Of a stretch of 64,000 nucleotides of DNA, positions 33,779-41,459 are shown piece by piece (within the stretch, counting starts at the first letter, position 1; each line of letters opens with the position of its first letter). Under the pieces are notes generated by a model, which ran no database searches, was not told where the DNA came from, and was given only the letters and a program-made list of their open reading frames with translations. Made by a program: the position numbers and the translations under genes. Origin of the DNA: Spirochaetia bacterium (GTDB lineage Bacteria; Spirochaetota; Spirochaetia; SZUA-6; Bin103); the NCBI GenBank assembly GCA_965208575.1, contig CBDBOV010000006.1, positions 416,001 to 480,000 on the forward strand. Direction: 5' to 3'.

Positions 33779-34249
33779 CTATCCATACATCCGCTGATCC
33801 ACGTAGATCCGATTGATCCATATCCCGTTCAAATGGTCGAAATCGCCGTCCGTGGAAACCAGTGTGGTCTGGGTCACATGCGAAGTTGCAGCAATCCATA
33901 GATCGTTCTGACTCATTGAAACAGCGGGTTTCGGAGGAGGTGTATCGTGAGGTGAAGCAACGACCTTACCGTGCGTCCACGCATCGATTCGTGCATAAGC
34001 GTCTATAATAGGATCCCGGTTGATGTCGATGGTTGGAAATCTATCGAGGACATCTTCAAGTCGACTTCTCGACTCTGCCCCCCATCCTCGCTTCTCTGCA
34101 AGTGCGAGAATCTCACCCCGGCAGATCACAGAGGTAAAGACCACCGTTTCCGAGTCATCAAACCCGAACTCTGCATTTGCCCACCCGGCCCACTTCGCCT
34201 GTCGGCTGAATCCGAGTAGCATATTGGTATCCAAAAGAAAGCGCTTCAT
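33779..34249 (-). CDS. PIN-domain (VapC-like) ribonuclease
   Basis: FLLDTN, SVICRGE, SQNDLWIAA, STDGDF acidic tetrad. Confidence 0.88.
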   Translation of the reverse strand: MKRFLLDTNMLLGFSRQAKWAGWANAEFGFDDSETVVFTSVICRGEILALAEKRGWGAESRSRLEDVLDRFPTIDINRDPIIDAYARIDAWTHGKVVASPHDTPPPKPAVSMSQNDLWIAATSHVTQTTLVSTDGDFDHLNGIWINRIYVDQRMYG

Positions 34250-34260
34250 CCACAATCGGT

Positions 34261-35208
34261 TCAATCAAGCTGGGCCAGGAGCTCTTCCATTGGTTCATCT
34301 CCTGGCCATGTGTCCGAGAGGTCCATCGGTTTGGCCGCACGGTCGATACGCTCAGTGCCCGAGGACAGGGTGTGAGTACCAGAATCCCTCGCGAATGGCA
34401 ACTCTTCGAAGATTCGATCGCCTTCCTGGTAGCTGCTGATCTTGTAGGCCTCAATCAGTCGCGGATGACCACTAGCTTTGAAATGCACCAATCCCTGAAC
34501 AGTGGTCTGCCGGCCCCACAGTCTCCGCAACGCCTCTACGCTAAGCGAACCAGTGTCCAGCTTTCCCAGAATCCGCGAGCCCGGGTCAACACAAAGAAGA
34601 AAGCGCCCGTTGCTGTGGCGGATCTCTTCAAGTCGACCACTCACTACCGACATCTTCGGTGAGGGTATGGTCTGAAGCCTCCGAGCTATGTGTGTGCATA
34701 CGTCGCCATCTATCACGAATCCCTGTCGTGCGGAATCCCGAGGCTCCATCTCGTATACCGTGCCATTGGAATTATCTGCCCTTGAGAATCTGAGAAACGC
34801 TTCGAGTACCGCGCTGTCAAAGTAGTCACCTACTGGATTGCTAGCAAGAACCTCCGCAATTGCCCGAGAAACTAGATCCAGTGCCGTATCCGTAGGTTGT
34901 ACGGCTGGCCGCCGCGACCACAGCTCCTGTTGAGCAAGCAGAACGCCAGCCGTATCGCCGATTTGTGGTGCTTCTATGTCAAGTATCGTGGATCCGGGTC
35001 TCTGGCCGGTCACCACGAAGTCCACGGTTGCATCAAGCCATGCGGGGATACTTCCTCGTCTGGAACCGCTACCAGTCGCGAGTAGATTCGTGACTCGTTC
35101 TGCCGATCTCAGGAGCCCATCAATGACGCGTACGAGACTCTTTGCCCTGATTTGGCCGTGATCCTCTCGCGGCCCGCTGACGCGAAACTGATAGTTGCAG
35201 GTCCTCAT
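34261..35208 (-). CDS. Hypothetical ~315-aa protein, partner of the PIN toxin
   Basis: AGGAG SD before ATG 35208; acidic tail WPGDEPMEELLAQLD; stop ~11 bp before the PIN start; lower GC than flanks. Confidence 0.75.
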   Translation of the reverse strand: MRTCNYQFRVSGPREDHGQIRAKSLVRVIDGLLRSAERVTNLLATGSGSRRGSIPAWLDATVDFVVTGQRPGSTILDIEAPQIGDTAGVLLAQQELWSRRPAVQPTDTALDLVSRAIAEVLASNPVGDYFDSAVLEAFLRFSRADNSNGTVYEMEPRDSARQGFVIDGDVCTHIARRLQTIPSPKMSVVSGRLEEIRHSNGRFLLCVDPGSRILGKLDTGSLSVEALRRLWGRQTTVQGLVHFKASGHPRLIEAYKISSYQEGDRIFEELPFARDSGTHTLSSGTERIDRAAKPMDLSDTWPGDEPMEELLAQLD

Positions 35209-35587
35209 CCACTGACTCCTTAGCCCAGAAATGACTCGAATCCCATGTGCGGTGCGCAACAGGTCGGTGGCTTGGCGAATACTGCGGGGACGCTCTGCTT
35301 GGCACTGCGAAGAAGAGCGCCCGACCCGAGTCCCGACAAGCAGCCCAACTCCGGCGCGTCGGTGCGTGTTACCGCCCGAGTGCCCCAAAGAGCGACTTGC
35401 CATCGCCATAAGGTCATACAGCCGAGGATCGCATCCGTCAACTTCGACGGCTGTGGGGACGCGTCGGTAGCGCTGTGGGCACACCGATGGGGCCGTGCAT
35501 GGTGTGCCGGACCAAGTAATACGCATGATCTCCTCCCTTCGGCTCCAAGGGATGCTTCTGGCACAATCGCACTGAATTCCACCAGTC

Positions 35588-36628
35588 CTACGATTCGGCG
35601 CCGATTACGCGTACTTCGCGCTCGAGCCGGACGGCGAAGCGGTCCATCACCGCCTGCTCGACGGCGGTGGCGGCGGACAGCAGGTCGGCGCCGGTGGCGC
35701 CGCCGTGGTTGACCAGCACCAGGGCGTGGCGTTCGGCCACTCCTGCGTGCCCGAAGCGGCGGCCGCGCAGGCCGCACGCCTCGATCAACTGCGCCGCCGG
35801 CACCTTGACGCCGCCCGCCACCGTCACGCCGGAAATGCGCGGCCAGCGCTCCCTGACCAGGGCGTAACGGTCGGGAGCCAGTACCGGGTTCTTGAAGAAG
35901 GAACCGGCGTTGGGCAGCGTGTCGGGATCGGGCAGCTTGCGGCGGCGCAGGCGGACGATCGCCCGGCTCACGTCGGCTACGGCGGGTTCGGTGACCTTCA
36001 TCTGCGCGAGTTCCTCGCGCACGCCAGCATACTCCAGGTTCACCCGCGGTTGCCTGGTCAGGCGCAGCCGCACGCGGGTGATCAGCATGCGGTCGTGCAG
36101 AGCGTGCTTGAACACGCTGTCGCGGTAACCGAACGCGCACGCGGCGGCGTCCATGGTGCGCGGCTCGCCGCCGGCCAGCGGCACCGCCTCCAGGTCGACG
36201 AACACGTCGGAGAGTTGGGCGCCGTACGCGCCGATGTTCTGGATCGGCGCCGCACCCACGGAGCCGGGAATCAGGCTGAGGTTCTCGATGCCGCCCCAGC
36301 CGCGCGCCACGGCGAACTCAACCAGCCGGTGCCAGTCCTGACCGGCGCACGCCGTGACGGTGACCGATTCGCCGTCCGCCCGCACGGCGAGGCCGGCCGC
36401 CTGCGGCGTGATCACGACACCGGGGTAGTGGCCGGCGAACAGGACGTTGCTGCCGCCGCCGAGCACCATGCGCGGCAGGCCGTGGAAACGCGGGTCTGCC
36501 AGCAGGTCAGCCAGCTCGCGCGCCACCTGCTCGGAGGCGGCGCTGCCGATGCGCACCAGGTAGCGCGCCGTTGCCGCTACCCGCAGCGTGTTGCAGGCGG
36601 CCAGGGAGGCGTTGGCCTCGACCCGCAC
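35588..36628 (-). CDS. murB: UDP-N-acetylenolpyruvoylglucosamine reductase
   Basis: LGGGSN, IPGSVGAAPIQNIGAYG, FGYRDS, NAGSFFKNP, HALVLVN, LEREV. Confidence 0.95.
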   Translation of the reverse strand: MRVEANASLAACNTLRVAATARYLVRIGSAASEQVARELADLLADPRFHGLPRMVLGGGSNVLFAGHYPGVVITPQAAGLAVRADGESVTVTACAGQDWHRLVEFAVARGWGGIENLSLIPGSVGAAPIQNIGAYGAQLSDVFVDLEAVPLAGGEPRTMDAAACAFGYRDSVFKHALHDRMLITRVRLRLTRQPRVNLEYAGVREELAQMKVTEPAVADVSRAIVRLRRRKLPDPDTLPNAGSFFKNPVLAPDRYALVRERWPRISGVTVAGGVKVPAAQLIEACGLRGRRFGHAGVAERHALVLVNHGGATGADLLSAATAVEQAVMDRFAVRLEREVRVIGAES

Positions 36629-36651
36629 GGCTCTCGGGGCGCGCCGCCCCG

Positions 36652-37539
36652 CTACTCCGGAGCGCCGTTCATGCGCGCCAGCACCTTGTACAGGCCGTGG
36701 GTGCCCAGGTCCTCCAGGCCGTCGGCGATGGCGGCGACGTAGAACTGGTGCGCCAGCGCCAGTCCCGGCAACGCCAGGTTCATGGCGCGCGCCTCGGCGA
36801 GCGCGATGCCCATGTCCTTGACGAAGTGCTTGATGAAGAAGCCGGGGTCGAAGTTGCCCTGCACGATGCGGCGGCCGAGGTTGTTGATCGACCAGCACGC
36901 CGCCGCGCCCTTGCCGATCACGTCGATGATCTCGTCCTGGTCGAGCCCCGCCTGCTGGCCGTACAGCAGCGACTCCACTACCCCGATCATGGTGGAGGCG
37001 ATCAGGATCTGGTTGCTCATCTTGGTGTGCTGGCCTGCTCCGGCGGGACCCATCAAGGCGATGTTCTCGCCCATCACGTCGAACAACGGCCTGGCGCGAT
37101 CGAAGTCGGCCTGCGCGCCGCCGGCCATGATCGCCAGCGTGCCGCCGCGCGCGCCCACGTCACCGCCCGAAACCGGCGCGTCCAGGGCGGCGCACCCGCG
37201 GTCGGCCGCCGCCGCGGCGATGCGCTTGGCAAGCGACGGTTCCGAAGTCGTCATGTCGATCAGCAGCGTTCCCGGCGCCGCGCTGTCCAGGATCGCGCCG
37301 TCGCCGAGGAACACCTGTTCCACGTCGCTGGGGTAGCCGACGATGGCGAACACCACGTCGGAGCGCGCGGCCACTTCGCCCGGACTGTCGCACCAGGCGG
37401 CACCCGCGGCCTCCAGGTCGGCGGCCCGCGCACGGGTGCGCGTGTACACCGCCACCTCGTAGCCTGCCTTGAGAACATGCAGGCACATGGAGCGTCCCAT
37501 CACCCCGGTGCCGACCCATCCGATCCTGCGATCCGCCAT
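36652..37539 (-). CDS. Beta-hydroxyacid dehydrogenase (3-hydroxyisobutyrate/tartronate semialdehyde reductase family)
   Basis: GTGVMG, DAPVSGG, GQHTKMSNQ, KDM. Confidence 0.9.
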   Translation of the reverse strand: MADRRIGWVGTGVMGRSMCLHVLKAGYEVAVYTRTRARAADLEAAGAAWCDSPGEVAARSDVVFAIVGYPSDVEQVFLGDGAILDSAAPGTLLIDMTTSEPSLAKRIAAAAADRGCAALDAPVSGGDVGARGGTLAIMAGGAQADFDRARPLFDVMGENIALMGPAGAGQHTKMSNQILIASTMIGVVESLLYGQQAGLDQDEIIDVIGKGAAACWSINNLGRRIVQGNFDPGFFIKHFVKDMGIALAEARAMNLALPGLALAHQFYVAAIADGLEDLGTHGLYKVLARMNGAPE

Positions 37540-37786
37540 CCTCTACTACCTCGTCATTTGCACGTTCTTGCGTGGGTGGCCGGCTGTCGCCGCCACGCCG
37601 ATTCCGCTGCCCGGAGTATCCCGACGCCCACTATCCCGGTCAAGCGCGCGGCAACCCGGCCGTCAATGGCGTGGTTGATCTGCCGGAAGGCTTGCCCAGG
37701 CCATTGCGCGGCGCGGATTCGGACAGGCGGCAGCGCTCTACCGTGGCGGTGCTTGCCCAGGTGCCGCGGGCCGCGCACCATAGCGC

Positions 37787-38971
37787 ATGCCCCCTACCCC
37801 TGCTCGGCAACGGTTCGGCCAGTCGGCGCGGCTGGCCCAGGTTCAACCGCCGGTGATCCCGATCATTCATGGCCTGATTCGCGAGCATCCGGACACCATC
37901 ACCCTGGGACAGGGAGTGGTGTACTACGGTCCGCCTGCGGAGACCGAGGCGGCGCTGCGCGACTTCTGGGGCGCGCCGGCCAACCACCGCTACGGCGCGG
38001 TGTGGGGCATTCCGCCCCTGCGCGAGGCGCTGGCCGCCAAGCTGCAGGCCGAAAACGGCATCCGGATCGGCGACGACCGGCAACTGGTGGTAACGGCCGG
38101 CGGCAACATGGCGTTCGTCAACGCGCTGCTCGCCATCGCCGACGCCGGCGACGAGGTCATCCTGATCAGCCCCTACTACTTCAACCACGAGATGGCGGTG
38201 GCGATGGCCAACTGCACGCCGGTGGCGGTGGCGTCCGACGACGGCTACCAACTCGACGTGCGCGCCATCGAGGAAGCGATCACCGACCGCACGCGCGCGG
38301 TGGTGACCATCTCGCCCAACAATCCCACCGGGGCGGTGTACCCTCGCGAAGACCTGCACGCCGTCAACGAATTGTGCGCCGGGCGCGGCATCTACCACGT
38401 CCACGACGAGGCGTACGAGTACTTCACCTACGGCGGACACGCGCACTTCTCGCCCGGCTCCCTGCCGCGGGCGGAAGAGCACACCATCTCGCTGTTCTCG
38501 CTGTCCAAGAGCTACGGCTTCGCGAGCTGGCGCATCGGCTACATGACCATTCCGGCGGCACTGTACGACGCGGTCGCGAAGATCCAGGACACCGTGCTGA
38601 TCTGTCCGCCGCTGGTGAGCCAGGTGGCGGCGCTGGGGGCGCTGCAGGCAGGGCGTGCGTACTGCCTGGCACGGCGCGCACAGATCGAGCAGGTGCGTGC
38701 GACGGCGTTGCGGACGCTGGCCCGGCTGGGCGACCGGTGCGCACCGGTGTGCGCGGACGGAGCGTTCTACGTGCTGCTGCGCCTGCGCCATCCCGGCGAC
38801 CCGATGGAGATGGTACGGCGCCTGGTGACCGAGCACCGGGTGGCGGTCCTGCCCGGCACGGCGTTCGGCCTGGCCGGCTGCTCGCTGCGCATCGGCTACG
38901 GCGCGCTCACGCCACGCGACGCAGGGGAGGGGATCGAGCGCCTGGTGGCAGGCATTCTGGCGCTCACCTGA
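37787..38971 (+). CDS. Class I/II PLP-dependent aminotransferase
   Basis: SPNNPTG, HDEAYE, SLSKSYGFASWRIG. Confidence 0.92.
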   Translation: MPPTPARQRFGQSARLAQVQPPVIPIIHGLIREHPDTITLGQGVVYYGPPAETEAALRDFWGAPANHRYGAVWGIPPLREALAAKLQAENGIRIGDDRQLVVTAGGNMAFVNALLAIADAGDEVILISPYYFNHEMAVAMANCTPVAVASDDGYQLDVRAIEEAITDRTRAVVTISPNNPTGAVYPREDLHAVNELCAGRGIYHVHDEAYEYFTYGGHAHFSPGSLPRAEEHTISLFSLSKSYGFASWRIGYMTIPAALYDAVAKIQDTVLICPPLVSQVAALGALQAGRAYCLARRAQIEQVRATALRTLARLGDRCAPVCADGAFYVLLRLRHPGDPMEMVRRLVTEHRVAVLPGTAFGLAGCSLRIGYGALTPRDAGEGIERLVAGILALT

Positions 38972-39166
38972 AGGCACCTGAAGGGCGCGGCAAGCGCCGG
39001 AAAGCATGCCGGCCGCCTGCCGCGCGCCGGCGCCGCGCGCTGGCCGGCGGCCCACGCGCGAGGACGCCTCCCGAGGCCGGCGGCCTGGCATCGCGCCGTA
39101 CGGGCCGGGTGCGCCGCTGCGGAGCAGCGAGACCCGGCGGGCGCGCGCGGCGCCGCTCCGGCGTCC

Positions 39167-39200
39167 GGGCGGGGCGGGGCGGGGCGGGGCGGGGCGGGGC
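39167..39200 (+). repeat. (GGGGC)6 pentanucleotide tract, G-quadruplex-capable
   Basis: GGGC plus 6x GGGGC between convergent genes, just past the pdxA stop. Confidence 0.9.
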
Positions 39201-39206
39201 GAGAGA

Positions 39207-40301
39207 CTACTCGCCGACGGCAGGGGCGGCCACGCGCGCCGCGCGGGCCATCTGCGCCGCGCACAGGATCGCCTGGATCATGCTGGCCTCCGACGCCAGC
39301 CCGGTGCCGGCGACGTCGAAGGCGGTGCCGTGGTCGACCGAGACGCGGATTACCGGAATGCCGAGCGTCACGTTGACGCCGTCCACCGCGCTCCAGGCGC
39401 CGGCGGCGTTGTCCCAGGTGAAGCCCACCACCTTCAGCGGAATGTGCCCCTGGTCGTGGTACATCGCCACCACCAGGTCGTAGTAGCCGCCGTTGGCCTT
39501 CGGAAACAGCGTGTCAGCCGGCAACGGCCCCTCCACGATCAACCCGGCGGCGCGCGCCGCTTCGACGGCCGGCACGATCTGGGTGCGCTCCTCGCTGCCG
39601 AACAGGCCGCCGTCGCCGGCGTGCGGGTTGAGGCCCGCCACCCCGATACGCGGCGCAGCGATACCGAGCCGGCGGCCGGCCTCGTGCGCCAGGCGGATCA
39701 CCGTCTCGACGCGCTGCCGGGTAACGCGCTCGCACGCCTCGCGCAGCGACACGTGGGTGGACACGTGCACCACGCGCAGGGCGCCGGCCATCAACAGCAT
39801 GGCGTAGTCGCGGGTGCCGGTGAGGTGGGCGTAGATCTCGGTCTGGCCGGCGAAGCGGTAACCGGCGAGGTTGAGCGCCTCCTTGTGAATCGGCCCGGTT
39901 ACCGTGGCCGCGGCGGTACCGGCGAGCGCAAGCTGCACGGCGCGCGCGATCGCCTGGTAGCCGGCCGCGCCCGACGCCGCGGACACCTCGCCGCGGGGCA
40001 GCTCCGCCAACGGCGCCGCTTCGCTCTCGGCCACGTTCAGGAAGCGCGCTCCCCACCGGGCGGCGCCGGGATCGGTGAACGGCACGACGCGCGCGGCACT
40101 GCCGACGATGCGGGCCGCGTCGGAGAATACCTCGGCCGAGCCCACCAGCAACGGCCGGCAAGCCCGCCGTACCCGTTCGTCCGCCAGTGCCGTGACCGCG
40201 ATCTCGGGCCCGACGCCGGCCGGATCGCCCATCGTGATCGCCACCAGCGGCGGCGCCCCCTGCCCGGTCCCGGCCACGGTTGCGTCCGTCGCCTGCTTCA
40301 C
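39207..40301 (-). CDS. pdxA: PdxA-family dehydrogenase (4-hydroxythreonine-4-P or threonate/erythronate-4-P)
   Basis: MGDPAGVGPE, GLNPHAG, GPLPADT, AMYHDQG, RVSVDHGTAFD. Confidence 0.9.
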   Translation of the reverse strand: MKQATDATVAGTGQGAPPLVAITMGDPAGVGPEIAVTALADERVRRACRPLLVGSAEVFSDAARIVGSAARVVPFTDPGAARWGARFLNVAESEAAPLAELPRGEVSAASGAAGYQAIARAVQLALAGTAAATVTGPIHKEALNLAGYRFAGQTEIYAHLTGTRDYAMLLMAGALRVVHVSTHVSLREACERVTRQRVETVIRLAHEAGRRLGIAAPRIGVAGLNPHAGDGGLFGSEERTQIVPAVEAARAAGLIVEGPLPADTLFPKANGGYYDLVVAMYHDQGHIPLKVVGFTWDNAAGAWSAVDGVNVTLGIPVIRVSVDHGTAFDVAGTGLASEASMIQAILCAAQMARAARVAAPAVGE

Positions 40302-40368
40302 GCCGCCTGCCCCACCTGCCGCGCCGGGTGACCGAGGCGGTCCCCGCCGGCCGCGCGCCGGGCGCGCA

Positions 40369-41418
40369 TCACTCGGCGGGCGCCAGCGGGGCCTGCCGCC
40401 GGCACTCCTCCATCACCCGCATCTGGGCCAACACCTGCTCCGGCGGCACCGGCAGCGGCCCCCCGCCACGGATGCAGGCGTGCAGATCGAGGTAGAATCC
40501 GGCTTCGCCCGGCCCGCCATCCGCTTCCCCGCTCGCCCAGCAATGCTCCACCCACTCCACCGTCTCCCGGTTGTAGCTGCGATCCGGGGTCGGCTCGGTG
40601 CTGAGCTTGCGTTCCGGCAGCGACGCCGGCTTCACGTAGCGCCAGCGCAGCGCCGAGCCGGAGCCGGTCAGACCGCCCTCCGTGCCCATCACCAGCCACT
40701 GCTCCTGCGGGAAGGCGCACGCCGCGGTAATCTCGATCTGCACGGTCGGCGCGCCCGGCGCGCGCAGCAGGATCAACACGTGGTCGTCGGCATCGCCGAG
40801 GGTGCGCACGCGGTCGCGCACGCAGGTCACCTCCGGCTCGGCATCGCCGAACAGCAGCAGTCCCATGTCGATCACGTGCGGACCGGTGTTGTTCATCGAA
40901 CCGCCGCCGAAGCGCTGCAGGGTCTGCCAGTCCCAGCGGCGCGCGAAGCCGTGGTGGGCGATGCGCACCATCACGATCCTGCCGAGCACCCCGGACGCGG
41001 CAACTTCGCGCACCTTGACGACATCGCCGCGGTAGCGGTAGTTCTGGAACACGGTAAGCCGCTTGCCGCTCGCGGCCGCCGCCGCGGTCATCCGCTCGGC
41101 GTCCGCCACGCTGGTGGCCATCGGTTTTTCGCACACCACGTGCTTGCCGGCGCGCAGGGCGGCAACGCTGTACTCGGCGTGCAGATGGCTCGGCACCGCC
41201 ACCACCACCACCTCGACGCCGGAATCGGCAATCAGCGCCGCGAAATCGGCGTGCGCGGAACAGCCGAACCGCTGCACGGCCTCGTTCCGCCGCTCCGGCA
41301 GCGGATCGTACACCGCGGCAACCCGGGCGTGCCCGGGCAGCCCCTCCATCAACCGCGCATGGATGCCCCACCCGCTGCGCCCGAGCCCGGCGACGCCAAC
41401 CCTCAGCTGCGATTCCAC
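40369..41418 (-). CDS. Gfo/Idh/MocA family oxidoreductase
   Basis: GLGRSG, GKHVVCEKP, GGGSMNNTGPHVID; start uncertain. Confidence 0.88.
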   Translation of the reverse strand: MESQLRVGVAGLGRSGWGIHARLMEGLPGHARVAAVYDPLPERRNEAVQRFGCSAHADFAALIADSGVEVVVVAVPSHLHAEYSVAALRAGKHVVCEKPMATSVADAERMTAAAAASGKRLTVFQNYRYRGDVVKVREVAASGVLGRIVMVRIAHHGFARRWDWQTLQRFGGGSMNNTGPHVIDMGLLLFGDAEPEVTCVRDRVRTLGDADDHVLILLRAPGAPTVQIEITAACAFPQEQWLVMGTEGGLTGSGSALRWRYVKPASLPERKLSTEPTPDRSYNRETVEWVEHCWASGEADGGPGEAGFYLDLHACIRGGGPLPVPPEQVLAQMRVMEECRRQAPLAPAE

Positions 41419-41459
41419 ATGGTGACGATAACACGAATGAGCCGGTATCATGTGCAGCG

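Noticed and set aside
35209-35526. N-terminal extension of the PIN-partner ORF
   Set aside because: ATG 35208 has a clear AGGAG SD; the upstream translation looks non-coding and includes a GGCACACC/GGTGTGCC hairpin
36571-39483. 970-aa plus-strand ORF and similar long Arg/Ala/Pro-rich ORFs (e.g. 30129-32324, 50763-52781, 56564-58435)
   Set aside because: Off-frame or antisense shadows of well-supported genes with no motifs; expected from stop-codon scarcity
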